The position numbers were made by a program, and so were the translations under genes. From Planctomycetota bacterium (GTDB lineage Bacteria; Planctomycetota; MHYJ01; JACQXL01), in NCBI GenBank assembly GCA_043808305.1, contig JAZDFB010000123.1, positions 11,681-75,680 on the forward strand: DNA of 64,000 nucleotides, in the 5' to 3' direction. This document shows, piece by piece, positions 1 to 11,186 of this stretch. The notes under the pieces were generated by a model. The model saw nothing but the letters and a program-made list of their open reading frames with translations. It ran no database searches and was not told where the DNA came from. The stretch's first letter is position 1. The number at the start of each line of letters is the position of its first letter.

Positions 1-336
1 CACCGTAATCTTCACGCCGGCCTGTTCCAATACCTTGCGCGTCACCTCATATTCCTCGTCCCTGAATTTCTGGGATGCAATAATCATAGCAACAGCCTTT
101 GTTGGGGTAACGCTTGATACATCCTCAATAATAACCTTGCCTGTTTCATCCAATCTTACGTAGCGTGTGGGTCCTACAGTTGACCAATTAATTGGTTTAT
201 CATTTTCATCCACTATAAACACGGAACTTTTGCCCGGTATCGTTATTTGATCAGCCGGCTTCGGCTCAGACTCCTTGGCGCATCCTAAACACAATAGTAT
301 CCCCAATGCCATGCCCAAACTAATTACTCTTATCAT
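1..336 (-). CDS. Lipoprotein with the start of a DJ-1/PfpI-like domain (5' part only; the gene runs off the window edge)
   Basis: Own translation of the reverse strand gives MIRVISLGMALGILLCLGC (lipobox LGC). It continues to KAVAMIIASQKFRDEEYEVTRKVLEQAGVKITV, which resembles the beginning of DJ-1/PfpI domains. ATG at 336-334, in frame to position 1. Absent from the ORF track because there is no stop in the window. Confidence 0.5.
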   Translation of the reverse strand, partial: MIRVISLGMALGILLCLGCAKESEPKPADQITIPGKSSVFIVDENDKPINWSTVGPTRYVRLDETGKVIIEDVSSVTPTKAVAMIIASQKFRDEEYEVTRKVLEQAGVKITV

Positions 337-361
337 TTGTCACGTCTCTTTCTTTGTGTAC

Positions 362-419
362 TTTGTGTCCAGCCTTCGTAGCGTAGTTACTACGGCGGAG
401 TAGGCTCTTTGTGGTGAAT
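362..419. repeat. Left arm of a perfect 58-bp inverted repeat bracketing parB
   Basis: The reverse complement of 362-419 equals 1524-1581 (ATTCACCACAAAGAGCCTACTCCGCCGTAGTAACTACGCTACGAAGGCTGGACACAAA). Compared base by base. Confidence 0.9.
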
Positions 420-441
420 TTAGCGCTTCGGATTTCTGATT

Positions 442-1515
442 TTATTTGTCTATGCTGTCAATAATCCTCTGGAACCCTTCGGGGCTGAAGAACTCCAGCG
501 TCACCTTGCCGCGTTTCTGGTCCGGCGAGGTAATTGATACCTTGCAACCCAGCTTGGCGCGTAAACGATCCTCTATTTCCTTCATCGCCAGCTGGACCCG
601 GTTGGCCTCAGGCGACGCCGGCGCCTTCTGCTGTCCGCGCCGGTTCTTTATCCAGTTGATGATATAGTTCAGCCGCCGGACGGTCATCCCCTGCTTCTTG
701 GCCCGCAAGGCCAGTTTCACCTGCAATTCCGGCGAATCGATGGACAAAAGCGGCAATGCGTGGGTCGGCGAAAGCGCCCCGGCGGCTATCTCGTCCTGCA
801 CCTGTCCGGGCAGTTCCAGCAGGCGCAGGAAATTAGTCACGGTCGACCTTTCCAGCCCAACCCGCTTGGCAATCTCCTCCTGAGTCAGGTTGAACCCGGT
901 CACCAAATCCCGGTAGGCCCGGGCCCGCTCGATGGGATTAAGGTCCTTGCGCTGGATATTCTCGACCAGCGCCCATTCCAGCATCTGCCGGTCGTCGATA
1001 TTTTGCAGGATAGCCGGAATGGTCTGTTTGCCCAGCATCACGCTGGCCCGCCAGCGCCGCTCTCCGGTTACTATTTCATACCGGCCGTCCGCCTGGGGTC
1101 GCACCACCACCGGCTGGATAACGCCGCTGGCCCGGATGGACTGGGCCAGTTCCTCCAGCGACTTGTTATCAAAACTCTTCCGCGGCTGGAAACGGTTCGG
1201 TATCACCTTGCCGGTGTCAATCATAACCATCGAACGCTGGGCTTCGGCCGTAAAAAGCGGCGGCTCGAATTGGCTGGCCGATGGCTCTGCCGGACGCAGT
1301 TTGGATTCCGGTTTCTGTTCCGGCTGGACCGGCGCCACCTGCGCGTTTATTTCTTCCAGTAACTCCGAGAACCCCCGCCCCAGCCGTTTTGGGGTCTGCT
1401 CAACCTGGACCGGCTCAGCCGGAACGACCGGTATCACGACCGGCGCGCCGGGACCGGCCAACCCGCTCAGGTCATCGATATTGCCTTCCAGCCCGCGGCC
1501 TAACTTTTTTTCCAT
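442..1515 (-). CDS. parB: Chromosome partitioning protein ParB/Spo0J
   Basis: 357 aa. LGRGLEG and KRLGRGFSELL boxes, ParB box IQPVVVRP..GRYEIVTGERRWRAS, HTH TQEEIAKRVGLERSTVTNFLRLLELP. Lies downstream of parA on the same strand. Confidence 0.95.
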   Translation of the reverse strand: MEKKLGRGLEGNIDDLSGLAGPGAPVVIPVVPAEPVQVEQTPKRLGRGFSELLEEINAQVAPVQPEQKPESKLRPAEPSASQFEPPLFTAEAQRSMVMIDTGKVIPNRFQPRKSFDNKSLEELAQSIRASGVIQPVVVRPQADGRYEIVTGERRWRASVMLGKQTIPAILQNIDDRQMLEWALVENIQRKDLNPIERARAYRDLVTGFNLTQEEIAKRVGLERSTVTNFLRLLELPGQVQDEIAAGALSPTHALPLLSIDSPELQVKLALRAKKQGMTVRRLNYIINWIKNRRGQQKAPASPEANRVQLAMKEIEDRLRAKLGCKVSITSPDQKRGKVTLEFFSPEGFQRIIDSIDK

Positions 1516-1523
1516 AATTCATT

Positions 1524-1581
1524 ATTCACCACAAAGAGCCTACTCCGCCGTAGTAACTACGCTACGAAGGCTGGACACAAA
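1524..1581. repeat. Right arm of the perfect 58-bp inverted repeat bracketing parB
   Basis: See 362-419. It sits in the unusually long 137-bp parA-parB spacer. Confidence 0.9.
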
Positions 1582-1652
1582 AAGCTCAAAGAAGAAATTT
1601 AATTCTCTGCGTCCTCTATGGCTAAAGGTTAAAACACATTAGTATTTAGCGT

Positions 1653-2444
1653 TTAGGTATTAGTATTTGGCGCTTTGCGCCCATAGAGTATTTCCCTGGT
1701 CAGTTCCACATAACTATAAGTTCCTACAGCAGTTACATCGTATTCCAATACCGGCTGGCCGAAACTGGCCGCCTCGGCCAGCGCCGTATCGCGCGGGATT
1801 ATCGTATCATAGCAGATGTTAGCAAAATGTTTGCGCACCTCGCTGACCACCTCTTTATTCAGCTGGTTCTGGTAATCATACATCGTCAGCACCACGCCCT
1901 CGACAAAAAGGTTCGGATTCCGCTTCTGCTTGATATCGCGGATGATATGGATAATCTGGGTAATGCCCTCCATGGCGAAGTATTCGCACTGGACCGGAAT
2001 CAGCGCCGAATTAGCCGCTGTCAGCGCCGTGGTCAGGAACGAGCTCAGCGATGGCGGCCCGTCTATCAGGGCATAATCATACGCCCCGTTATCATTGGAC
2101 TGGCCCAGCGACTGGAGAATATTCCGCAGGCGCTCCTGCCCGGCCGGTGTTCCCAGCATACCTTCCAGTTCCGCCACCCGGATAGACGACGGCATAACGA
2201 ACAACTTATCCGAAAGCGGGTGCGGCATTATCGAATCCGGCCCGACCCGGCCCTCACGCATCACCTGCAGGATACCCGCCCCGGCCGGAGCCTTTATGCC
2301 CAGTCCGCTGGTGGCATTGGCCTGCGGGTCCAGGTCCACCAACAGCACCTTGCGCCCGGCCAAAGCGATATTATAAGCCAGGTTAATAGCCGTGGTAGTC
2401 TTGCCCACCCCGCCCTTCTGGTTAACGATAGCAATCGTTTTCAT
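1653..2444 (-). CDS. parA: ParA/Soj family partition ATPase
   Basis: 263 aa. Deviant Walker [14 protein letters not shown], and [17 protein letters not shown]. Confidence 0.95.
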   Translation of the reverse strand: MKTIAIVNQKGGVGKTTTAINLAYNIALAGRKVLLVDLDPQANATSGLGIKAPAGAGILQVMREGRVGPDSIMPHPLSDKLFVMPSSIRVAELEGMLGTPAGQERLRNILQSLGQSNDNGAYDYALIDGPPSLSSFLTTALTAANSALIPVQCEYFAMEGITQIIHIIRDIKQKRNPNLFVEGVVLTMYDYQNQLNKEVVSEVRKHFANICYDTIIPRDTALAEAASFGQPVLEYDVTAVGTYSYVELTREILYGRKAPNTNT

Positions 2445-2523
2445 TAATCAATAAACCAATCCGGTTAGATTACTTTAACAAATGGGTTTTATCTTATTAA
2501 ACCGACAATGTCAAAATAAACGG

Positions 2524-2736
2524 TCAAATTCCATAGCCACCATTCCCAATTATATAACCATTGACACAACCCCGGGCGCGATATCCGAAATAGTCTTTAA
2601 CGTACAACATAAGGAACCCAGGAAACCAAGAAAACCGCCCCCTCCGGCCGTAGACCCAGAGCTGTTGCTCCAATCCTTGCTTAAAATCAACAAATAACCG
2701 GTTTATTTGTTTTTTTTCCCAGCGGACAGCCATCAC
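2524..2736 (-). pseudogene. Decayed fragment related to the C-terminal domain of the tail-fibre-like protein at 25939-27084
   Basis: The 70-aa ORF contains GLEQQLWVYGRR, identical to the 381-aa protein. The 36 nt differ at 7 positions, all synonymous. The ORF also reads through a half copy of the AAGGAACCCAGGA repeat (2611-2634). No RBS seen. Confidence 0.3.
2689..2717 (+). terminator. AT-rich hairpin followed by a T8 run (intrinsic-terminator-like)
   Basis: AACAAATAA-CCGG-TTTATTTGTT followed by TTTTTTT. No convincing plus-strand gene lies upstream, so its function is unclear. Confidence 0.3.
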
Positions 2737-3040
2737 TGAAGCCGCGGGGACTGTTCACGGCGTCCTCGGACAATCCCCAGAGTTACCACCAGGACTCGTA
2801 CCGGCCTGGGCCTGCACTCTTACCTCAGCCCACTCGGATTCTTAGCTTTCCCGGCTTGGATTCTACCCCTTCCCGGCGGACAATCCCCGGAGCCTCCACG
2901 AGAACTCATAACGGGCTGGGCGATGAGTCTGCGCCGACTGGGCGTAGATTCTTAACAGACCCAGCGGTAACTCATCACTGAGACGGCTAAGAGGCCAGGC
3001 TTTATCCACGGGAACTGTTCACGGCGGTGGGCTGGACTCT
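2718..3040. repeat. GC-rich mosaic of internally repeated modules in the long parA-purC spacer
   Basis: Three modules recur within the block: CCCAGCGG..ATCACTGA at 2718 and 2960; GG(G/A)ACTGTTCACGGCG at 2746 and 3010; CGGACAATCCCC.GAG...CTGGG at 2767 and 2877. Confidence 0.6.
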
Positions 3041-3124
3041 ATCCGGTCCGGGGTGACGTGCCCCGCGGAGAAAGGGGGCTTGTCCTGTTTATACTGAGGT
3101 GCCGAAGTAAGTATCCGAAGGGTA

Positions 3125-3154
3125 CCCCCCTATACCCTACCCCCCACCCCCCCC
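3125..3154 (-). repeat. G-tract box (G-rich on the minus strand: G8 T G6 TA G3 TATA G6)
   Basis: The plus strand reads CCCCCCTATACCCTACCCCCCACCCCCCCC. Four runs of 3 or more make it G-quadruplex-capable. Related boxes lie at 27787, 29167, 32345, 53387 and 55955. Confidence 0.6.
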
Positions 3155-3284
3155 TGCGTAAAAATGACGTGTAAAGCAGTAAAATAAAGGGTTAGCGGCC
3201 AAAAATGCCCTCCAATCCGTCGCATGTTATCTTGAGATGCTTTTAATTATTGAGGGTTTATACCAAGCAGGCTTTTTCCTTTTC

Positions 3285-3313
3285 TTGACACCTGACATTA
3301 ATTTTGCTATATT
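3285..3313 (+). promoter_or_regulatory. Sigma70-like promoter candidate for purC
   Basis: TTGACA (3285-3290), 17-nt spacer, TATATT (3308-3313), about 90 nt upstream of the purC ATG. Confidence 0.4.
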
Positions 3314-3402
3314 AATAAAAATCAACAGGGACTTGACGAGACTGGTAAGAGGTTTTTTCTAAAAGTCTTTTTAAGTCACTGTTAAAACAGAAAGATTTAT
3401 TT

Positions 3403-4317
3403 ATGACCAAACCAAACGTAGTATTAACCACCAATATCCACGAGTTGGAACGGGTCGGCCAGGGCAAGGTGCGCGATATATATAAAATAGATGACAACTA
3501 CCTGCTCATCGTTACCACGGACCGTATCTCGGCTTTTGACGTTATCTTGCCGGACGGCATTCCTTTCAAAGGCCAGGTGCTGACGGAGCTTTCAACATTC
3601 TGGTTTAAACTCATCAGGGATATTACCGGCTCTCATTTCGTCAGCTCCGATTACGCCGAAATCTGCCGGCTGACCGATAAGAAGACGGCTGATATCCTTA
3701 AGAAGTATGAATCCCAACTGGTTGGACGGTCTATGCTGGTCAAGAGCGCCAAGGTCTTTCCGGTGGAGTGCATCGTCCGGGGCTATCTGGCCGGGTCGGG
3801 CTGGAAGGATTATTCCAAAACCGGCTCGGTTTCGGGTGTTAAACTGCCGGCCGGATTAAAAGAATCGGACCGCTTGCCCCAGACTATTTTTACGCCGTCT
3901 ACCAAGGCGACTTCGGGACACGATGAGAATATCTCATTTGAGCAAATGGCGGAGCTGGTGGGCCAAAAACCGGCCGAGGAACTGCGCGACCGAAGCATTA
4001 ATGTGTACGAAACGGTCCACAAATACGCTTTAACTAAAGGCATCATCATCTGCGATACAAAGTTCGAATGGGGCGCCGTTAATAACGAAATTATCCTGGT
4101 GGACGAGGCACTGACGCCGGATTCGTCCCGTTTCTGGCCGGCTGACAGCTACTCGCCGGGTAAGAGCCAGCCGTCGTTCGACAAGCAGTTCGTCCGTGAC
4201 TACCTGGAAAGCATCAACTGGAACAAGACTCCTCCGCCGCCGAAACTGCCGGAGGATATTATAGCCAAGACGTCAGAGAAATACTTAGAGGCATATAAGA
4301 AGCTGACGGGGGAATAG
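3403..4317 (+). CDS. purC: Phosphoribosylaminoimidazole-succinocarboxamide (SAICAR) synthase
   Basis: 304 aa. [25 protein letters not shown], and the C-terminal [11 protein letters not shown] motif typical of long-form PurC. Confidence 0.93.
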   Translation: MTKPNVVLTTNIHELERVGQGKVRDIYKIDDNYLLIVTTDRISAFDVILPDGIPFKGQVLTELSTFWFKLIRDITGSHFVSSDYAEICRLTDKKTADILKKYESQLVGRSMLVKSAKVFPVECIVRGYLAGSGWKDYSKTGSVSGVKLPAGLKESDRLPQTIFTPSTKATSGHDENISFEQMAELVGQKPAEELRDRSINVYETVHKYALTKGIIICDTKFEWGAVNNEIILVDEALTPDSSRFWPADSYSPGKSQPSFDKQFVRDYLESINWNKTPPPPKLPEDIIAKTSEKYLEAYKKLTGE

Positions 4318-4380
4318 TCAAGTGTTGTTGAGAAGAAGTCAAGCTTTGTCAGAAATAGTCAAGAAATTGTCAAGGAATAG
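4317..4380 (+). repeat. Array of GTCA(A/G)G heptads upstream of the four-helix-bundle gene
   Basis: AGTCAAG at 4317, 4338 and 4357, TGTCAGA at 4347, TGTCAAG at 4368. The segments GTTGTTGAGAAGAAGTCAAG and ATAGTCAAGAAATTGTCAAGGAATAG recur at 4788-4834. Confidence 0.7.
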
Positions 4381-4392
4381 GAAAAGAAGAGC

Positions 4393-4812
4393 ATGATAAA
4401 AGATTTTGACGATTTAGATGTTTATAAGTTATCCTTTGATTTGGCTGATTGGATTTATGATTTAACCGCCAACTTTCCTGAGGATGAGAAGTATAATCTG
4501 GTTTCCCAGTTAAAACGGGCAGGAACCTCAATCGGCGCGAATATCGCCGAAGGATACGGCCGGTTTCACTATAAGGAAAATCAGCAATTTTGCCGTCAGG
4601 CAAGGGGGTCATTAACAGAGTGTAAACATCATATTCTTTTCTCGCATAAGAGGAAATATGTTACAGATGGTGAGAAAGAGTTATTTATTTCCAGATATAC
4701 TATACTTAAAATTAAACTAAATAATTATATAAAATCTATAGGTAATAAAAATCAAGCGGCGTCAAGTGCGCCTGCGGCGAGCCAGGAGTTATTGAGAAGA
4801 AGTCAAAGATAG
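4393..4812 (+). CDS. Four-helix-bundle protein (23S rRNA intervening-sequence protein family)
   Basis: FDDLDVYKLSFDLADWIYDLTANFPEDEKYNLVSQLKRAGTSIGANIAEGYGR is the family signature. The C-terminal about 20 aa read into the flanking repeat and may be adventitious. Confidence 0.85.
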   Translation: MIKDFDDLDVYKLSFDLADWIYDLTANFPEDEKYNLVSQLKRAGTSIGANIAEGYGRFHYKENQQFCRQARGSLTECKHHILFSHKRKYVTDGEKELFISRYTILKIKLNNYIKSIGNKNQAASSAPAASQELLRRSQR

Positions 4813-4834
4813 TCAAGAAGTCGTCAGGAATAGT
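4788..4834 (+). promoter_or_regulatory. Second GTCAAG heptad array upstream of clpC, containing a CtsR-operator-like direct repeat
   Basis: AGTCAAAGATAGTCAAG (4801-4817) matches the Firmicute CtsR consensus RGTCAAANANRGTCAAA at 16/17 positions. Further inverted TTGAC copies at 4853 and 4868. About 100 nt upstream of the clpC ATG. Confidence 0.4.
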
Positions 4835-4915
4835 TGAGGTGTTGTGACAATACTTGACGTGCTAACACTTGACCATATATGACTATTCTTGGCTAACGCC
4901 CAAGAGGAGAAAACT

Positions 4916-7441
<2,526 letters not shown>

Positions 7442-7445
7442 ACGG

Positions 7446-8198
7446 ATGGCAAAAGAAACCAGCATCGGAGGCGATAACTGCCGGTTCAGGAAAACCCTGT
7501 GGACCAGCATTCTGCGGGCCAAGGACAAATCAGCGCCCGGCTACCGCTCGTCGCTGACATATCTTATATCAGCTTACTGGAAACCGGTCTATTTCTATAT
7601 CCGGCGCAAGGGTTATGACATCGACGCGGCCAAAAACCTGACCCAATCGTTCTTCACGGTATTCATAGAAAAGGAGTTTATGAAATCAGTGGAGCGCGAA
7701 AGGGGCCGTTTCCGGACATTCATCCTGGCGGCGCTGAACCATTTCCTGTCCAAGGAGCGTGAGCGCCTGGAGGCGCAGAAACGGGGCGGCGGGCAGTCGT
7801 TATTATCGCTGGATTTCAAACGGGCTGAAACTGAAATAAGCCTGGAACCGGCCAGCGCCGAAACGCCGGAGAAAACCCTGATCCGTGCCTGGGCGCAGTC
7901 CATACTCAAACTCGCCTCGGATAACCTGCGCCGGGAGTTCAAGAAGAAATCACGCCAGATATTCATAGATATGTTTGATGCTTATCTGGCCGCCAAGACA
8001 TCGGACCGGGCCGAGAACTACAAGGCGCTGGCCAGCCAGTTCGGCGTAACCGAAACCGATATCCGCAATTATTTGCACCGCATCCGCCGCCGTTATAAGG
8101 AGCTGATAGAGGAAGAAATCGGCAAATACGTCACTACCAAGGAGGCGGTCCAGGAAGAGCTTAAGGAACTTTTCAGCGCTTTCAGCAATAATTATTGA
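7446..8198 (+). CDS. ECF-type RNA polymerase sigma factor (kinase-associated type)
   Basis: 250 aa. Region-2-like YWKPVYFYIRRKGYDIDAAKNLTQSFF and GRFRTFILAALNHFL. A C-terminal region-4-like segment with DIRNYLHRIRRRY. Immediately followed by a Ser/Thr kinase. Confidence 0.7.
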   Translation: MAKETSIGGDNCRFRKTLWTSILRAKDKSAPGYRSSLTYLISAYWKPVYFYIRRKGYDIDAAKNLTQSFFTVFIEKEFMKSVERERGRFRTFILAALNHFLSKERERLEAQKRGGGQSLLSLDFKRAETEISLEPASAETPEKTLIRAWAQSILKLASDNLRREFKKKSRQIFIDMFDAYLAAKTSDRAENYKALASQFGVTETDIRNYLHRIRRRYKELIEEEIGKYVTTKEAVQEELKELFSAFSNNY

Positions 8199-8248
8199 AA
8201 CGATTTCAGGCTTTTCCGTCTAATAGGGGTAGAAAGGATAACAATCAT

Positions 8249-10495
8249 ATGAAAGAAGAAAACATCTGCCCCAAATGCGGAAAAACTATGGCTGCATCCG
8301 GCGCCTGCCCCAGATGCCTGGCTGATTTTGCCATGTCAGACACGGACGCCGGCAAGAAAGCCGAATCACCAAGCGATGAGCCGATTCTGCCCAACGACTC
8401 ATTCATCGGCCCTTATAAAATAGCCGGCCTGATAGGCCGTGGCGGCATGGGCACGGTTTATAAGGCGTATCAATCATCGCTGGACCGTTTCGTGGCCGTC
8501 AAGGTCCTGCCGGCCAAGCTGTCCTCGGACCCGGAATTCTTAAAGCGATTCAACCGCGAGGCCAAGGCGCTGGCCAGATTATCGCATCCTAATATCGTGC
8601 CGGTTTACGATATGGGCCAGGCCGGCAACAGTTTCTATTTTGTGATGGAGTTCGTGGAAGGCGTTGCCCTGCGTGATTTGATAGCGGATAAAAAACTATT
8701 GCCGGCCGAGGCGCTGGCGCTTGTGCCGCAGCTCTGCGACGCGCTGGAATACGCCCATTCCGAAGGCGTCATCCACCGCGATATCAAGCCGGAAAACCTG
8801 CTCATAGACAAAAAAGGCCGTATTAAAATAGCCGACTTCGGCCTGGCCCGGATTGTCAAAGGCGATGTCCAGTCTGACCCCCTTACAAAAACCAACGAGG
8901 TCATGGGCACGTTTGACTATATGGCGCCGGAACAGCGGACGAGAACCAAGGATACGGACCACCGGGTGGATATTTATTCGCTGGGCGTGGTCTTTTACGA
9001 GATGCTCACCGGCGAACTGCCTATCGGCCGGTTTGAACTACCCAGCCGCAAGGTCCAGATTGATGTCCGGCTGGATGATGTCGTCTTAAAGGCACTGGAG
9101 CAGGAACCTTCCAAGCGTTATCAGCGGGCCAGCGATGTCGGCACGGCCGTGTCCAAGATTGTCTCGGAACCCGCGCCGGCAGAGGCGGTATCTTCCGAGG
9201 GCCGGGGAAAATCCGGATACGACCCATTATCTATTTTCAGCTTCGTATTATCATTGATTCCGTTAGGCATTACCCAAATACTGGGGATTATATTCGGCAT
9301 CGTTGGCATCCGCCGGATAAACCGGTCCAAGGAACAGTTAAAAGGCACCGGATTAGCCATCGCCGGTATTGCCCTTTCAACTATTACGCTGATACCGATT
9401 GTTTTTATATTGATGGCGATTATGGTCCCATCATTTCTCAAAGATGGCCGTATGGCGGTAGATAGAGAGATGGAAGCAAATCAGAAAACGGCGGTTGAGG
9501 CATTGCAGAGATTGGCACTGGCGCAGGAAATTTATTGCGGAGGCGACCTACAGGAAGGGTATGCCGAATCTATTAAGGATGTCTGCAAATACAAGGTTAT
9601 AGCGGAGATTATCAGCCTGGATACGGATAAAATTGCCGCGGCTGATGAGGTTAGCATGGGCGCGAATGCCCGGCCTTGTCACGGGTATTTCTTCCGGGTA
9701 ATTCCCTGGGGATTATCGGGCAGAGACCCTTGGTATAGGAGCGGCGATACCTTTGTGATAGCCGCTTATCCGGAAAAACCATCCGGTAAAACATTTGTCG
9801 TGGATGCAAGGCGAATCGTTTATTCCAAATCATTAGGCAATCTCAGATACCCAAATACCTGGCAGACTCTTGATGATAAAAATATGGAGACTGACCCGGC
9901 CAGGGACGGTTGGGTAACCGAGAAACGATTAGAGTTAGAGGCGGAATTGAAGCAACATCAGGAAGAGATGAAACAGGTAAAGGTTGAGAGAGCGTTTGAT
10001 GGGTATCTCGAACATGCAAAACAAGTTATGGGCGTGGACTATAAAGGTCGCTACATAGAAGCCATATATGCGTTAAATGAAGCGCTAAAGATAAAAGATG
10101 ATAACCAGGCAAAAGAACTGCTTAAACAATGCGAATTGCAACAGTCCAAAGAGTTAGAACCCCTTTTAGCGGATGGGAAGAAACTTATGGGTGAAGGCGG
10201 ATATGAAGAGGCGATAAAAATATTTAATCAGGCTCTGAAGGTAAAGGATGATAACCAGATAAAAGAACTGATTAAACAATGCCAAGGGTTGGTGGAACAG
10301 AAAAAACAGCAGGCTCAGGCGCAGAAGGAGTCAGCTGATTTTTTAGAATTTGGGAAAGCACTTATGGATAATCGCGAATATGCAAGGGCAATAGGAACAT
10401 TTAATAAGGCACTCCAACTCAAGGATGACAATCAGACAAGAGAGCTTATTAAACAATGCGAAGAATTGCTTAAAAAACAGCAACAGCAGAAATAG
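8249..10495 (+). CDS. Hanks-type Ser/Thr protein kinase with N-terminal Zn-ribbon, TM segments and C-terminal repeat region
   Basis: CPKCG..CPRC ribbon. GRGGMGTVYKA, VAVK, HRDIKPENLL, DFGLA, APEQ. Hydrophobic segments around residues 340-400. Three ALK(I/V/L)KDDNQ.KEL(L/I)KQC units at the C-terminus. ATG 8249 chosen because it has the same start context as the paralog at 48427. Confidence 0.9.
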   Translation: MKEENICPKCGKTMAASGACPRCLADFAMSDTDAGKKAESPSDEPILPNDSFIGPYKIAGLIGRGGMGTVYKAYQSSLDRFVAVKVLPAKLSSDPEFLKRFNREAKALARLSHPNIVPVYDMGQAGNSFYFVMEFVEGVALRDLIADKKLLPAEALALVPQLCDALEYAHSEGVIHRDIKPENLLIDKKGRIKIADFGLARIVKGDVQSDPLTKTNEVMGTFDYMAPEQRTRTKDTDHRVDIYSLGVVFYEMLTGELPIGRFELPSRKVQIDVRLDDVVLKALEQEPSKRYQRASDVGTAVSKIVSEPAPAEAVSSEGRGKSGYDPLSIFSFVLSLIPLGITQILGIIFGIVGIRRINRSKEQLKGTGLAIAGIALSTITLIPIVFILMAIMVPSFLKDGRMAVDREMEANQKTAVEALQRLALAQEIYCGGDLQEGYAESIKDVCKYKVIAEIISLDTDKIAAADEVSMGANARPCHGYFFRVIPWGLSGRDPWYRSGDTFVIAAYPEKPSGKTFVVDARRIVYSKSLGNLRYPNTWQTLDDKNMETDPARDGWVTEKRLELEAELKQHQEEMKQVKVERAFDGYLEHAKQVMGVDYKGRYIEAIYALNEALKIKDDNQAKELLKQCELQQSKELEPLLADGKKLMGEGGYEEAIKIFNQALKVKDDNQIKELIKQCQGLVEQKKQQAQAQKESADFLEFGKALMDNREYARAIGTFNKALQLKDDNQTRELIKQCEELLKKQQQQK

Positions 10496-10502
10496 GAGCA
10501 AT

Positions 10503-10526
10503 CGGCGCTGCCACGGGACAGCGCCG
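10503..10526. terminator. GC hairpin between convergent genes (no U-tract)
   Basis: CGGCGCTG-ccacggga-CAGCGCCG between the STK stop (10495) and the FKBP stop (10553). Confidence 0.35.
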
Positions 10527-10552
10527 AATAATTATGGGGAAGACAACCTATC

Positions 10553-11011
10553 TTATTGCACGCCGAGCAGTTCCACCTCGAATACAAGCGTGGAGTTGGG
10601 CGGAATAGTACTGCCCGCGCCGCGCGAGCCGTAACCGAGTTGAGACGGGATAATCAGCTTGCGCTTGCCGCCGATTTTCATTCCGGCCACGCCTTCATCC
10701 CATCCGCGGATAACCTGTCCGGCGCCCAAACCGAAACCAAACGGTTCGCCCCGGTCTTTGGAGCTGTCGAACTTGGTGCCGTTGGTCAACCAGCCGGTAT
10801 AATGCACCGATACATTCATGCCCGGTTTTGCCTCGGCGCCTGTACCAACGGTCAGGTCGATGTATTTCAGTCCGGACGGGGTGGCGATTTCGGCCGGGTT
10901 CTTGCTAGCATTGCTGTTCTCCATAGGGATTGTCTCCTCTCCGCAGCCGGATACGAGAAGGGACGCCATCAAAATCCCGTAAACGGCCGTCAGTTTGATC
11001 AGATTATTCAT
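10553..11011 (-). CDS. FKBP-type peptidyl-prolyl cis-trans isomerase, lipoprotein
   Basis: Lipobox [62 protein letters not shown]. Confidence 0.9.
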   Translation of the reverse strand: MNNLIKLTAVYGILMASLLVSGCGEETIPMENSNASKNPAEIATPSGLKYIDLTVGTGAEAKPGMNVSVHYTGWLTNGTKFDSSKDRGEPFGFGLGAGQVIRGWDEGVAGMKIGGKRKLIIPSQLGYGSRGAGSTIPPNSTLVFEVELLGVQ

Positions 11012-11105
11012 ATAGTTACTCCTTTCTGGGCGTAAATTTATTATATCAAACGGATGCAGTCAAATTAAATAATACTTATTTTAGCCGGGAATATAAGATT
11101 TACTA

Positions 11106-11133
11106 TTGACAAAATTAGGCCGGTTGTTATACT
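11106..11133 (+). promoter_or_regulatory. Sigma70-like promoter candidate
   Basis: TTGACA, 16-nt spacer, TATACT, about 55 nt upstream of the 11187 ATG. Confidence 0.4.
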
Positions 11134-11186
11134 GCCATCTCCCGGAAAGAACTGTATTTTAATATTTTGGAGGGAGGTGACAAATA

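Noticed and set aside
2482-2697. A 71-aa plus-strand ORF ending exactly at the terminator-like hairpin.
   Set aside because: No RBS. It reads through the AAGGAACCCAGGA repeat and, in antisense, the tail-fibre-like fragment. Its composition is unprotein-like. The hairpin is kept as a separate low-confidence feature.
2718-3165. Possible RNase P RNA, tmRNA, SRP or 6S RNA in the GC-rich parA-purC block.
   Set aside because: On both strands I looked for GAGGAAAGTCCGGGC and ACAGAACCCGGCTTA (RNase P), the GGGGCTGATTCTGGATTCGAC start and tRNA-like CCA end (tmRNA), and GGTCCGGAAGGAAGCAGCC (SRP). None is present. The block is instead made of internally repeated modules.
1-3402. A parS site (TGTTTCACGTGAAACA) near parAB.
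   Set aside because: No full or near-full match was seen around parAB. Only an isolated TGTTTCAC half-site occurs at about 39455, inside an ABC gene. The centromere site is therefore either divergent or outside the window.
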